Origin: Nitrosopumilus sp.
Lineage (GTDB): Archaea > Thermoproteota > Nitrososphaeria > Nitrososphaerales > Nitrosopumilaceae
Assembly: GCA_965249555.1 (NCBI GenBank)
Contig: OZ252243.1
Span: 1,984,001-2,048,000 of the forward strand
Reading direction: 5' to 3'
DNA length: 64,000 nt
Made by a program: the position numbers and the translations under genes
Notes under the pieces: model-generated
Databases searched by the model: none
Seen by the model: the letters and a program-made list of their open reading frames with translations, nothing else
Told to the model about the DNA's origin: nothing
Shown: one piece after another, positions 18,678 through 29,707 of the stretch
Layout: each line of letters begins with the position of its first letter
Numbering within the stretch: the first letter of the stretch is position 1

Positions 18678-19446
18678 TATCATTATTGGAATTATCATTG
18701 CACTTTTGGTAGTTGCATCGTATAATGTTGATGCCAATCCTATCGAGTTTGTTGAGGGATTACCAAATCTTGCAATTGTTGTTGAAGAAATGCTTTTGGT
18801 AGAACCAAAGTACATTCCAACTGCACTTTGGGCAATGTTTGAAACCATTCAGATGGCCTTTATTGGAACAATAATTGGTTTTGTAATTGCATTGCCACTA
18901 AGTTTGCTTTCTGCAAGAAATCTTAACAGCAAATACGTTTATGCTCCAGTTCGAGCATTATTGGCAGCTATTCGTACATTCCCATCAATTTTGTGGGCAA
19001 TCTTGTTTGTGATTATGGTTGGCTTGGGTCCTTTTGCAGGAGTTTTGGCAATTATTATGTATACAATTGGATTTGTTGCAAAATTACAGTATGAAGCAAT
19101 TGAAACAATTGATTCTGATCCTATGGATGCAGTTAGCTCTATTGGTGTTTCAAAATGGCAGTTAATTCGGTATGTTGTGATTCCTGAATCAGCTTCTCAT
19201 CTTCTTAGCCAATTGCTTTACATGTTTGATTATAACATACGCCAGACTAGCATCCTTGGATTAGTTGGTGCAGGTGGAATTGGTTTTTACATTATCAACT
19301 ATATCAAATTCTTTGAGTATGGAAAAGCAGCAGTTTTCATGTTAGTGGTGTTGGTTACTGTTTTGATAATTGATTGGGCTAGTGTAAAGATTAGAGACAA
19401 GTATATCATTAAATCTCAACATGGAATGGAAGTTACTACAAAATAG
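18655..19446 (+). CDS. phnE: Phosphonate-type ABC permease
   Basis: ETIQMA, GLGPFAGVLA, ILGLVGAGGIG. Confidence 0.9.
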   Translation: MMLTPKNNIIIGIIIALLVVASYNVDANPIEFVEGLPNLAIVVEEMLLVEPKYIPTALWAMFETIQMAFIGTIIGFVIALPLSLLSARNLNSKYVYAPVRALLAAIRTFPSILWAILFVIMVGLGPFAGVLAIIMYTIGFVAKLQYEAIETIDSDPMDAVSSIGVSKWQLIRYVVIPESASHLLSQLLYMFDYNIRQTSILGLVGAGGIGFYIINYIKFFEYGKAAVFMLVVLVTVLIIDWASVKIRDKYIIKSQHGMEVTTK

Positions 19447-19462
19447 ATATTCAGTTTTGATT

Positions 19463-20488
19463 TTATGTTGTGACTTTATCTAGTTGATTAGATTCTGTGG
19501 CTGTTTTTATCTCTCTTGCCATTCTTTTACCCATACTCATAGGCTCATTAAACAACAGTGAGTAGTACGGAGAACCATCCATGTAGATATTTGTCCCTGC
19601 AACAATTCTTGCTGAAAATTCAAATGATTTGAATTTTGCATTCTCATCATAAACTCCTTCAATACAAAATGGTCCATTCATACCTGGCGACACTAGTTTT
19701 TTTGAAGCATCAACAAAGTTTTCTCCCATATTATACACTTCATCTAAAAGTGATTCTCTTAAAACTAGAGGGCTGTTTCCAATCACATTAAATGATGGAA
19801 CCTTGTTGGATTTTAATTGCTGCTCTGATGGAATTCTAGCTAGACCTTCAATGTCTGACTCGTGTCTTTGATCAACTCCGAAGAACTCTAACTCTTCTTT
19901 TAATGGAGAATAAAAAAATTGTAAATAAGCTAAAACACCTGCTGCATATTCTTGAATGTAAAGTGTTTCGTCTTTTGAAATCACTCCTTGTGAAATTAAT
20001 TGATTTCTCTTTGTATTGTAATCCTCTTCGTTTACTGCCATAAAGTATCCTTTCCCACCAGCTGCTCCCTGTCTTTTTACAATTACCAGTTTGTTGATGT
20101 CTTTAGGTTCTGATACTGATGTTGGCATGGGGAGATTTGCCTCTTTCATGAGTTTTTCTTTCATCTCTCTATCTGATTCCCATCTTAGAATCCACTTGTT
20201 TCCAAAGACAGGAGTTTTGATTGATTCAATCTCTTCAGAACTCATTTGTGCAATTAATGTACCGTGTGGAATCAAAACAGCATTATTTTCTTCTAGAATT
20301 GATTGACATTTTTGGTCTAGAATTTCTTTGAATGAATCTACTAAAATTAATTCATCAATAAATGGAAATCTCCGATATAGTTTTTCACGTTTTTTCTCAC
20401 AGACAAGAATAGTTTTTAGACCTTCATCTTTTGCACCTTTGAGAACTTGAAGTGCACAGTGAGAACCAAGTGTAGCAATTGCCGCCAT
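19463..20488 (-). CDS. purP: PurP-family formate--AICAR ligase
   Basis: IATLGSHCALQVLKGAKDEG, FEFSARIVAGTN. Confidence 0.93.
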   Translation of the reverse strand: MAAIATLGSHCALQVLKGAKDEGLKTILVCEKKREKLYRRFPFIDELILVDSFKEILDQKCQSILEENNAVLIPHGTLIAQMSSEEIESIKTPVFGNKWILRWESDREMKEKLMKEANLPMPTSVSEPKDINKLVIVKRQGAAGGKGYFMAVNEEDYNTKRNQLISQGVISKDETLYIQEYAAGVLAYLQFFYSPLKEELEFFGVDQRHESDIEGLARIPSEQQLKSNKVPSFNVIGNSPLVLRESLLDEVYNMGENFVDASKKLVSPGMNGPFCIEGVYDENAKFKSFEFSARIVAGTNIYMDGSPYYSLLFNEPMSMGKRMAREIKTATESNQLDKVTT

Positions 20489-20514
20489 TTGTATTATTTC
20501 TATCCCTTTGTACT

Positions 20515-20724
20515 TTATGAACTATGTGCGGATGTAACGTATTGAAACACCTCATCTATCAATTCTATGCTTAATTCAGATTTGATATCTTTAGGAACTA
20601 CCTTTAGCACAAAATCATACATTGTTGTATTTTCTGAAAGTTCCCCCCTTTCTTGTAATAATGAAAAAACTGCAATTCCATTTGAGACTATTGCTACCAT
20701 CTTTTCTTTATCCGTAAGAGTCAT
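20515..20724 (-). CDS. Hypothetical protein
   Basis: 69-aa ORF co-oriented with purP. Confidence 0.65.
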   Translation of the reverse strand: MTLTDKEKMVAIVSNGIAVFSLLQERGELSENTTMYDFVLKVVPKDIKSELSIELIDEVFQYVTSAHSS

Positions 20725-20809
20725 GGTATCTGTGAAAAATTCCAGTAATTTAATGTAAATCTAGATAGTGAAAAATTAATTACACCATACAAATGGAATA
20801 AAGTAAATT

Positions 20810-22120
20810 ATGATAGAAACTGAATTAGGAAATTTACGCAGATCTCACTATTCTGATGAAATTACCCCTTCATTGGATGGAACTCAAGTGACCATTATGG
20901 GCTGGGTTTTGACAATAAGGGGGCATGGTAACATTAGTTTTGCTACAATTCGTGACAAAAATGGTGATATCTCAGTTGTTGCAAAAAAGGGAGATTGTCC
21001 GGATGATATTCGCGAAAAAATATCTTCACTAAAAGCACATTCTTCAATTGCCGTTACGGGAAAAGTAAAATCATCAGAAAAGGCACCTAGTGGGTTTGAA
21101 ATAATTCCAACAGAACTTAGAGTCTTTTCAGAAGTTGAGAAAATTCCTCCTTTTGAGCCAACTGCAAAAACTGTCAAAAATATTGATACGCGATTAGAGG
21201 TAAGACCAATTGATCTTAGACGTAATGTGCTCCAACATATTTTTAAAGCTAGGAGTCTTGTTTTAAAATCAATTAGAGATTACTTTAATGATCAAAATTT
21301 TATTGAAATTAATACTCCAAAAATGATTGCAACAGCAACTGAAGGCGGAGCTGCACTATTTGCCATCTTTTATTATAACAAAGAAGCTTTCTTGGCTCAA
21401 AGTCCGCAATTGTACAAAGAACAACTCACAATGAGCTTTGAAAAAGTCTTTGAGATTGCTCCAATTTTTAGAGCAGAACCGTCAAGAACTAATCGTCATT
21501 TGGCAGAAGCGATCTCTATTGATTTGGAAGAGGCATTTGTTGATTACAATGATGTAATGAATCGAATAGAGAAACTCATCAAAATTTCAATTAAAACTGT
21601 TAATGACTATGTAAAAGATAATCCTGATGCAGAATTTCTAATCCCTGCAATGCCTGAATCTATTCCGCGATACTCTTATGATGAATTAGTGGATAAAATG
21701 CGAAAGGCAGGAGAAAAAACTGAATGGGGTGATGACTTGTATCCATCTAATCTCAAAAAAATAGGTCTTGATGGATTTTATTTTATTACTGATTGGCCTA
21801 TTGGTCCAAAACCGTTTTACGTAAAGGATAGTAAATCAAATCCAAAAATTTCTGAATCCTTTGATTTGATGTATGGTGATTTAGAATTATCTTCAGGTAG
21901 TACAAGAATTGAAAAACGAGATGAATTAGTTGAGAGAATGAAGAATAAAGGAATGAAAACTGATGCATTTGAGTATCATCTTGGTGCATTTGATTACGGC
22001 GTTCCACCTCACGCTGGTTGTGGAATTGGTCTTGAGAGGTTGATTATGGCACTTACTGGTACTGAAAATATACGAGATGTAACATTTTATCCAAGAGATG
22101 TTGACAGATTAACACCCTAG
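20810..22120 (+). CDS. aspS: Aspartyl-tRNA synthetase (likely non-discriminating)
   Basis: QSPQLYK, FRAE, PPHAGCGIGLER; operon with gatCAB. Confidence 0.96.
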   Translation: MIETELGNLRRSHYSDEITPSLDGTQVTIMGWVLTIRGHGNISFATIRDKNGDISVVAKKGDCPDDIREKISSLKAHSSIAVTGKVKSSEKAPSGFEIIPTELRVFSEVEKIPPFEPTAKTVKNIDTRLEVRPIDLRRNVLQHIFKARSLVLKSIRDYFNDQNFIEINTPKMIATATEGGAALFAIFYYNKEAFLAQSPQLYKEQLTMSFEKVFEIAPIFRAEPSRTNRHLAEAISIDLEEAFVDYNDVMNRIEKLIKISIKTVNDYVKDNPDAEFLIPAMPESIPRYSYDELVDKMRKAGEKTEWGDDLYPSNLKKIGLDGFYFITDWPIGPKPFYVKDSKSNPKISESFDLMYGDLELSSGSTRIEKRDELVERMKNKGMKTDAFEYHLGAFDYGVPPHAGCGIGLERLIMALTGTENIRDVTFYPRDVDRLTP

Positions 22121-22130
22121 GTGTAAGTGA

Positions 22131-22400
22131 ATGGTTACTGAAGAAGAAATAGAACACGTTTCAAAATTAATGAAAATAAACATTGATGATCATAAGGAAT
22201 ATGTGGACAAGGTACAATCAATGATTGACTATTTTGATGTTTTAGATTCTGCAGATGTTGAATCAGAAGAAATCTCAATGCAAGAAATTTCAATTTCTAA
22301 TCTACGAGATGATAAATACATTCCATTTGATGAAAAACTAATCAACAAACTAAACAACTACAAAGGAACCTATGTTCGTGCACCCAAGATGTCCTCATGA
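22131..22400 (+). CDS. gatC: Asp/Glu-tRNA amidotransferase subunit C
   Basis: EEIEHVSKL...LRDD...YVRAPK; position before gatA. Confidence 0.88.
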   Translation: MVTEEEIEHVSKLMKINIDDHKEYVDKVQSMIDYFDVLDSADVESEEISMQEISISNLRDDKYIPFDEKLINKLNNYKGTYVRAPKMSS

Positions 22401-23842
22401 ATCTAAAAATTTCTGCTCTTGAATTTGTCCAAGAAGTACAAAATGGAAATATCTCTGCTGAGGATTTTGTTGCAAAAACCTTAGAAAGAATACAAAGTAT
22501 TGATGAGAAACTTCATGCTTTTTTATCTGTCAATGAACAGGCAGTTGATCAAGCACGCAAAGTTGACAAAAAAATAAAATCTGGAGATAAAGTTGGAGCA
22601 TGTTTTGGAATGCCAATTTCAATTAAAGATAACATGTGTATCAAAAATAGTAAAACTACATGTGCCTCAAAAATGCTTGAGAATTTTGTAGCACCATATG
22701 ATGCAACTGTCATAACAAAACTAAAAGAACAAGATGCAGTATTTGTTGGAAAAGTAAATCTTGATGAATTTGCTATGGGACTGACCACTGAATTTAGTGC
22801 ATTTGGTTCAAGCAAAAATCCTTGGAATACAGAATATGTTCCAGGTGGTTCTTCTGGTGGAAGTGCAGTTTCTGTAAGTGCTTTTGAATGTGTAGCCTCT
22901 TTGGGTTCTGATACTGGTGGCTCTGTTAGAAACCCTGCTAGCTTTTGTTCTGCAGTTGGATACAAACCAACGTATGGTTTGATTAGCAGATACGGACTAA
23001 TTTCATATGCCAACAGCATTGAGCAGATTGGTCCTCTTACTAGAACTGTAAAAGACGCTGCCTTTATACTCAACATCATTTCTGGGTTAGACCATAATGA
23101 CAATACTACTGTGGATAACAAAAGTGAAGACTATCTTTCAGATATTGATTCTGGCATAGAAGGCAAGAAAATAGGAATAATTAAGGAGATGACTGGGGAG
23201 GGTGTTGATCCTGCAGTTTTATCTGCAACAAAAGATGCCATATCAAAACTAGAGGTACTTGGAGCAATATGTGAAGAAGTATCACTTGACATGGTAAAGT
23301 ATTCTGTTGCAGCATATTATACAATAACTGCAACAGAAGCAGGAAGTAATCTTGCCCGATATGATAATCTAAGGTATGGTTATGATTTTCCTCTTGAAGG
23401 TTACGAGTTTAATTCTTATATTTCAAAGGCACGACAAAACTTTGGTCCAGAAGTTACAAGACGAATGATCATTGGAGGATTTGTTCCATCTGCAGGTCAT
23501 GCAGGAAAATATTTCCTCAAAGCACTAAAAGTAAAAAGTAAACTAACTCGAGAAATAAATGAAGCATTTAAGAAATTTGATCTCTTGATTGCACCAACTG
23601 TTCCAGTTCTTCCATTTAAGATAGGAGAGAAGATTGATGATCCTGTTTCATTATTTCAAATTGATATCAATACTGTAACTGCAAATCTTACAGGCAAACC
23701 TGCAATTTCAGTACCATTTAGTATTTCAAATGGGTTGCCAATTGGAATGCAATTATTTGCAGACTCTATGAATGATAAATTATTACTACGGGCTGCACAT
23801 GCATTAGAGCAAACTGTTTCATTACCGGAGGTTCCAATTTGA
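22397..23842 (+). CDS. gatA: Asp/Glu-tRNA amidotransferase subunit A
   Basis: Amidase signature PGGSSGGSA, LGSDTGGSVR, SNLARYD. Confidence 0.97.
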   Translation: MNLKISALEFVQEVQNGNISAEDFVAKTLERIQSIDEKLHAFLSVNEQAVDQARKVDKKIKSGDKVGACFGMPISIKDNMCIKNSKTTCASKMLENFVAPYDATVITKLKEQDAVFVGKVNLDEFAMGLTTEFSAFGSSKNPWNTEYVPGGSSGGSAVSVSAFECVASLGSDTGGSVRNPASFCSAVGYKPTYGLISRYGLISYANSIEQIGPLTRTVKDAAFILNIISGLDHNDNTTVDNKSEDYLSDIDSGIEGKKIGIIKEMTGEGVDPAVLSATKDAISKLEVLGAICEEVSLDMVKYSVAAYYTITATEAGSNLARYDNLRYGYDFPLEGYEFNSYISKARQNFGPEVTRRMIIGGFVPSAGHAGKYFLKALKVKSKLTREINEAFKKFDLLIAPTVPVLPFKIGEKIDDPVSLFQIDINTVTANLTGKPAISVPFSISNGLPIGMQLFADSMNDKLLLRAAHALEQTVSLPEVPI

Positions 23843-25242
23843 CAAAGATTGGTTTAGAAATTCACTGCCAGTTAACAAATTTGGAAAGCAAATTGTTTTG
23901 CTCATGTAAAGCAAATTATAGAGAATTTGAAATTAATGAGAACATTTGTCCTATTTGTATGGGGTTGCCAGGAAGTTTACCTAGATTAAATCAAGAGGCA
24001 GTAAAAAAGGCAACAATAATTGCAATGGCTCTAAATTGTACTACTCCTGATAAGATTGCATTTTTCCGAAAAAATTATTTCTATCCTGATCTACCAAAAA
24101 ATTTCCAAATCACCCAGCTCAATATCTATGGAGATACCAGTATTGGCGGTGTTGGTTCGATAATGGTTGGTGATAAAAAAATCAGAATCACAAGAATTCA
24201 ACTCGAAGAAGATCCTGGTAGGCTAATTTATGAGGGTAGTTCATCCAAGAACCTAATCACTTTAGTTGATTACAACCGTGCAGGCACACCATTAGTTGAA
24301 ATTGTCACAGAACCTGACTTTGAGAATCCAAAACAAGTAAGAGAATTTCTTAACATATTGTCTGACTTGCTTGAAAATCTTGGAGTATCTGATCCTAGTC
24401 TGGAAGGTGCAATGAGAGCTGATGCTAACGTTTCAATTGAAGGAGGAAAGAAAGTTGAAGTCAAAAATATTGGTTCTTTTCATGATTTAGAAAAAGCTGC
24501 TATTTTTGAAATTACAAGACAGGAAAGCTTGCATTCTAGAGATATTGAAATAATTCAAGAAACACGTCACTGGGATGATAAGCGAAAGACTACTGTTCCA
24601 TCACGTTCCAAAGAAGAAGATCTTGATTATCGTTATTTTCTAGAAGGTGACATACCTTGGATTAGAATCGATCCTGAGATTCAAAAGGAACTAAAATCAA
24701 AAATGCCTGAAAGTATCAGCTCAAAAAAAGAAAGATATATTTCACAATTTAATATTCCTGCACAAGTTGCAAGTGTTTTATCCTCTGACAAATTTTATTC
24801 TGACTTGTTTGAAATATCTCATACTGAATCTAATGCCAAAGAAATTGCAAATATAATCACTACTGATTTGATGGGTTTAGTTGATACAAGAGAAAAACGT
24901 GAGGACTCAAAAATTACTGCAACACATCTAAAAGATTTGGCTGATTCAATTCAATCAGGAAAAATCTCTAGAAATTCTGCCAAAAATGCATTGTATGAAA
25001 TTGTAAAGACTGGAAAGGATTTGTCTCAGGTAATATCTGAATTAGATCTTGGAAATGTATCTAGTGAATCAGAACTATTAGAAATAATTCAAAAAGTTAT
25101 TTCTGAAGAATCTCAAGCAGTAGAGGAGGCAGAATCTAATCCTCAAACAATTAACTATCTAGTTGGAAAAGTAATGCAAAAAACAAAAGGAAAAGCAGAT
25201 CCTAAACTAACACTAGATTTACTAAAAAAACAGATGGGATAA
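23839..25242 (+). CDS. gatB: Asp/Glu-tRNA amidotransferase subunit B
   Basis: IGLEIHCQL, RKNYFYPDLPK, DYNRAGTPLVEIVTEP. Confidence 0.97.
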   Translation: MTKIGLEIHCQLTNLESKLFCSCKANYREFEINENICPICMGLPGSLPRLNQEAVKKATIIAMALNCTTPDKIAFFRKNYFYPDLPKNFQITQLNIYGDTSIGGVGSIMVGDKKIRITRIQLEEDPGRLIYEGSSSKNLITLVDYNRAGTPLVEIVTEPDFENPKQVREFLNILSDLLENLGVSDPSLEGAMRADANVSIEGGKKVEVKNIGSFHDLEKAAIFEITRQESLHSRDIEIIQETRHWDDKRKTTVPSRSKEEDLDYRYFLEGDIPWIRIDPEIQKELKSKMPESISSKKERYISQFNIPAQVASVLSSDKFYSDLFEISHTESNAKEIANIITTDLMGLVDTREKREDSKITATHLKDLADSIQSGKISRNSAKNALYEIVKTGKDLSQVISELDLGNVSSESELLEIIQKVISEESQAVEEAESNPQTINYLVGKVMQKTKGKADPKLTLDLLKKQMG

Positions 25243-25245
25243 TTC

Positions 25246-25509
25246 ATGACTGAACTTTCATTAGAAGACATTGAATTTATCAAAATACTTGCTACATCTG
25301 ATGCTACTATTCTTCAGGCAGGCATGAATGATGCTACTAAACATAGACTGGATGAGCAGATAGGGACAATTTTGAGAGAATATTATCATGAAAACACTAT
25401 GAACACTCAAACAAACTGGACTGAGAAATTTCTAAAAGTAGGTATTACTGAAGATGATGGAAAAGCTGCAATTGCATGTGCAAGACGTCTTGGACTGGAT
25501 ATTTCATGA
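25246..25509 (+). CDS. Hypothetical protein
   Basis: 87-aa ORF directly after gatB. Confidence 0.65.
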   Translation: MTELSLEDIEFIKILATSDATILQAGMNDATKHRLDEQIGTILREYYHENTMNTQTNWTEKFLKVGITEDDGKAAIACARRLGLDIS

Positions 25510-25552
25510 ATCAAAAAATCTTTTTACGCTTTATTAGTTTGTAAATTGTAAC

Positions 25553-27478
25553 TTGTCTGATTTTGAATTTATTCCAACTGAAAAACAAATCAGAGACTCG
25601 AACATATTTCAATTCATGCAAAAACATAACATATCATCACTCAAAGAACTATCACAAAAGGCAAATGACGATTTAGAATGGTTTTGGCAATCAGTAGATA
25701 AAGATATTGGAATTGTTTGGGATGTACCTTACACTAAAACCTTGGATATTTCTAAAGGGATTGAATGGCCAAAATGGTTTGTTGATGGAAAAACTAACAT
25801 CTACAAATCATCTGTTGAAAAATTTGCAAAACGAGATCCTCAAAAAATTGCATATCATTTTGTATCTGAAGATGGAAAAACATCTGAGATTTCATATTCT
25901 GAATTAGATTCCAAAGTATCAAAACTTGCAAATGGTCTAAAATCTCTTGGAGTAAAAAAAGGAGATGTTATTGCAATTTACTTGCCTATGATTGAAGAAG
26001 CAATACTGGCAATACTTGCAGCTTCAAAGATTGGTGCAATTCAAACTGTAATCTTTTCTGGATATAGTGCAGAATCATTACAAATACGATTAAATGATTG
26101 CAATGCCAAAATTCTTTTTGTCTCTGATGGATTTTACAGAAAAGGAAAGCCTGTATCTCAAAAGAAGACTGTAGAGACTATACTCAAAGACACTGCTGTT
26201 GAAAAAATAATTGTGGCTTCTTACAAAGGAATTGATCCTTATGTGGAATCAGAAAAAATAATTTTTTATGATAATCTTGTATCTTCTCAAAACATTCTTT
26301 GCAACACTGAAATTTTAGACTCTGAAGATCCTTTGTTCATTCTTTATACTTCAGGCACAACAGGTAAGCCTAAAGGTGTGATTCACACTCATGGTGGTTT
26401 TTCAGTTTTTGCAGGACATCAGGCTGCATATCTTATTGATATGAATAAAGATGACATATTATTTTGGCCTGCCGATATTGGTTGGATAACAGGTTTGGTG
26501 TGGAATGTTTATGGACTTTTGATAATGGGTGCAAGTGCTGTGATCTATGACGGATCATTTGATTTTCCAAGTGTTGATAGAGTATGGAAAATGTTATCTG
26601 ATTATCAGGCAACAATTTTTGGAATATCTCCAACTGCAGTACGATTGTTTAAAAAAAATAACATTGAACCATTAAAATCATATTCCTTAGATAAAATCAA
26701 AAACATTCCAACTACTGGTGAACCACTTGATGAAGATTCATGGTGGTGGTTATTTGAAAAAGTTGGTAACAAAAAGATCCCTATCATGAATCTGTCTGGC
26801 GGTACTGAAATTGGAGGTGCAATGCTTTCTGTATTTCCTGGAATGAAACTAAAACCATCTACCGTTGGCATCCCAGTTCCTGGAATGAATCTTGATATCT
26901 TTGATGATGATGGCAATTCTATGCAAAAACAAAATGGTTACCTAGTTATCAAATCTCCATGGCCTGCAATGACTAGAGGGCTGTTAAATGATAATGCTAG
27001 ATATCTTGAAACTTATTGGTCACGATTTGAAAATGTTTGGTTTCATGGAGATTATGTCTACGTTGATGATGACAATTTGTGGTATATGCGCGGTAGAACA
27101 GATGATGTGATGAATATTTCTGGTCATAGGATGAGTACTGCAGAGATTGAACATACTGTGATTTCACACAAAAAAATATCTGATGCTGCAACAATTGCCA
27201 TTCCGGATAATATTACCGGTGAGGCAATTGTTGTATTTTTTGTAACTGATGATAAATCTGAAATTGGTTTGGAATCTGAAATTTCTGATTATATTTCTGA
27301 AAAGATTGGAAAAATTGCAAGACCCAAATTTATTTTTCAGTTATCAGATTTACCAAAAACTAGAACAGGCAAAATTCTGCGTCGTCTATTAAAATCAAAA
27401 CTATTGGGTCAAGATTTAGGTGATTTATCCTCTCTTGAAAACCCCAAAATTTTAGATGAAATCACAAAATTAGGTTAA
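25553..27478 (+). CDS. AMP-forming acyl-CoA (acetate--CoA-like) ligase
   Basis: YTSGTTGKPKG, ADIGWITG, GRTDD, LPKTRTGKILRR. Confidence 0.92.
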   Translation: MSDFEFIPTEKQIRDSNIFQFMQKHNISSLKELSQKANDDLEWFWQSVDKDIGIVWDVPYTKTLDISKGIEWPKWFVDGKTNIYKSSVEKFAKRDPQKIAYHFVSEDGKTSEISYSELDSKVSKLANGLKSLGVKKGDVIAIYLPMIEEAILAILAASKIGAIQTVIFSGYSAESLQIRLNDCNAKILFVSDGFYRKGKPVSQKKTVETILKDTAVEKIIVASYKGIDPYVESEKIIFYDNLVSSQNILCNTEILDSEDPLFILYTSGTTGKPKGVIHTHGGFSVFAGHQAAYLIDMNKDDILFWPADIGWITGLVWNVYGLLIMGASAVIYDGSFDFPSVDRVWKMLSDYQATIFGISPTAVRLFKKNNIEPLKSYSLDKIKNIPTTGEPLDEDSWWWLFEKVGNKKIPIMNLSGGTEIGGAMLSVFPGMKLKPSTVGIPVPGMNLDIFDDDGNSMQKQNGYLVIKSPWPAMTRGLLNDNARYLETYWSRFENVWFHGDYVYVDDDNLWYMRGRTDDVMNISGHRMSTAEIEHTVISHKKISDAATIAIPDNITGEAIVVFFVTDDKSEIGLESEISDYISEKIGKIARPKFIFQLSDLPKTRTGKILRRLLKSKLLGQDLGDLSSLENPKILDEITKLG

Positions 27479-27547
27479 GATTAGCTAACTTTTTACTGCT
27501 TACTATTTCACGCTTTGTTTCTTAATCATTTCTCATAATACTCAATA

Positions 27548-28906
27548 TTGAAATTTGTAGTTGACCAGCAGGTAGAAGACATAGAGATGCCTGAAAATCT
27601 CAAATTAAACACATTTCTTCAGGAATTTCATACTGCTTGCCCTCACCCTGAGTGTAGTTTTGGTTACTATGGGTTTGCATTTGGTCAATCGCCATTTCCT
27701 GTACCTCCACTTGTTCAAGTGGCACTAATCGAAAATGCTAACAAAGGAGCGTATGCTCCTGTCCCTGGAATTCCAGAATTGCGTAATGCCATCTCAAAAT
27801 ACAATAAACATTATTTTGGAATGGACGTTGCCCCTGAGCGAATCTATGTTGGACCTGGAACTAAAGAGTTAATTTTTAATCTTTTAGAAATTTTACATGG
27901 AACTGTGATTTTACCAACACCAGCTTGGTTGGGTTATCTCCCACAAATTAGATTCTTAAAGAAAAATTTTCATATGTTGCCAGCTCGTGCAAATAAGAAA
28001 ATATCTCCCGGTGATCTAAAGAAATTGGCACTTAGATTACAAGACCGGCAAAAGATTTTGATTTTAAACAACCCTCATAATCCAACTGGGTTATTATATA
28101 ATAAATTTGAACTAGAAGAAATTGCATATGTATGTAGAGAACAAAATATCATTATAATTTCTGATGAAATTTATGCTCAAACAACTTATGATTTTTCAAA
28201 ATTCATTAGCATGGGAAAAATTTATCCAGAAGGCACATTTGTTACAAATGGTTTATCAAAATCCCATGCTGCTGGTGGTTATAGATTAGGTTACGTAATT
28301 TTTCCTCAGTATGCAACAGATCTAAAAAATCAATTTAAAAAAATTCTTGCAACAGAGTATACTGCAGTATCTACCCCAATTCAACATGCTGCTGTTGCTG
28401 GGTTTGAAATTAGTAGAGAAATTGATGATTATTTTGATGTAACTCGTAAAATTCATCATCTGATGGGAGAATACACTTATCATGCATTATCTTCCATTGA
28501 AGGAGTCAAAATGACAAAACCTGATGCCACATTCTATCTTCTAGCTGATTTCAATGCATTTAGAGATGATCTAAGAAGAGCTAACATCACTACATCTCAG
28601 AAATTATCCGAGTCTTTAATTGTTCATCCATATCATACTGCGATTGTTGGTGGGGATAGTCTTGTTCTAGAGAGAACAGACTTTAGTGCAAGAATTGCTT
28701 ATGTGGATTATGATGGGGCAAAAGTTTATCAAAATTATCTTAATAACAAACCAAAATCAAGTTCTGAAAGAATAGAATTTGTGAAAAATAATGCTCCAAA
28801 GATTGTTGCCGGAATTGAAATGATTGGTAAATTTTTTGAGGATTTGAAAAAAGAACCGTTACGTGATTTACAGATTCAAAAAAGCTTGACAGTTCCTTCA
28901 AGTTAG
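27548..28906 (+). CDS. PLP-dependent aminotransferase class I/II
   Basis: NNPHNPTG, SDEIY, GLSKSHAAGGYRLG. Confidence 0.92.
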   Translation: MKFVVDQQVEDIEMPENLKLNTFLQEFHTACPHPECSFGYYGFAFGQSPFPVPPLVQVALIENANKGAYAPVPGIPELRNAISKYNKHYFGMDVAPERIYVGPGTKELIFNLLEILHGTVILPTPAWLGYLPQIRFLKKNFHMLPARANKKISPGDLKKLALRLQDRQKILILNNPHNPTGLLYNKFELEEIAYVCREQNIIIISDEIYAQTTYDFSKFISMGKIYPEGTFVTNGLSKSHAAGGYRLGYVIFPQYATDLKNQFKKILATEYTAVSTPIQHAAVAGFEISREIDDYFDVTRKIHHLMGEYTYHALSSIEGVKMTKPDATFYLLADFNAFRDDLRRANITTSQKLSESLIVHPYHTAIVGGDSLVLERTDFSARIAYVDYDGAKVYQNYLNNKPKSSSERIEFVKNNAPKIVAGIEMIGKFFEDLKKEPLRDLQIQKSLTVPSS

Positions 28907-29280
28907 TATAATTTTGATTTTATTTTTTCATATTCTTCTAAAGTAATTTCTCCTTTGACTAGCCTTGTTTGAAGAATATCTTTGGGATTTGATCCAATAA
29001 TTGGTTGAATTAGTTTTTTCCTTATTGTCTCTCTGTTTATAGAAATAAGTTTAGAGTTATCATCTACTTTTCTCTTAATCCCATAAACTGCCCAAATAAT
29101 ATGCCCAATCCTGCAACTGCAAGTGAAATTTGTACAATATCTGAGTTATTCTTTAATTGTTGTGTAGACTCAACTATAGATGATGCTTGCGCTTCTGGTA
29201 TGATTTCTTTATCAATTATTTGTTGATCCTTGTGTACTTCCTCCTATTTGCCTTGAAATTTCAACCTCTGTTTCATAATA
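28903..29280 (-). pseudogene. Degraded membrane protein with C-terminal SHOCT domain
   Basis: ...IIWAVYGIKRK...PKDILQTRLVKGEITLEEYEKIKSKLY*; frameshift near 29100 in the TM helix; no intact start. Confidence 0.6.
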
Positions 29281-29312
29281 TGTTACAGATATGATCTCTT
29301 GTTTTCCCGTAG

Positions 29313-29648
29313 TTAGAAATGGTAAAGCATTGGTAACGGCTGACCTTCCCCCTCTAGTGCTCCTAATTGATCATGAAATATGTTAATTGAAGTTGAGCCT
29401 GCTAAATAATCCTCAACTGAAATGAACATAGTGAATTCTTGTTCATAATATTCCGTAATGTCTCCTAGTCCTGATCTAGGGGTAAATTCTGTAAAAGCTG
29501 AATAACTTCCTTTCTTAATCACTAACTCTTCTTTATCAAATAGTATTTCTTTAAAATCATGGCTAGTGTTAATTGAACTGTCTGGGTTTTCCACATTCAA
29601 TTTAAAATGAATGTCTTCTTCTGCTATAACTGGTATTGCATCAGGCAT
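29313..29648 (-). CDS. Hypothetical acidic protein (possibly a fragment)
   Basis: 111-aa ORF in an accessory patch; no recognised motif. Confidence 0.45.
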   Translation of the reverse strand: MPDAIPVIAEEDIHFKLNVENPDSSINTSHDFKEILFDKEELVIKKGSYSAFTEFTPRSGLGDITEYYEQEFTMFISVEDYLAGSTSINIFHDQLGALEGEGQPLPMLYHF

Positions 29649-29707
29649 TTAATAATTGCACAATTGCAAATCCCTAGATGTAGTAAATGTGGTACATATA
29701 CAAAATA

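Noticed and set aside
22549-23121. 190-aa antisense ORF and similar short shadow ORFs inside core genes
   Set aside because: They lie opposite well-supported genes, have atypical composition and no motifs; codon-bias shadows
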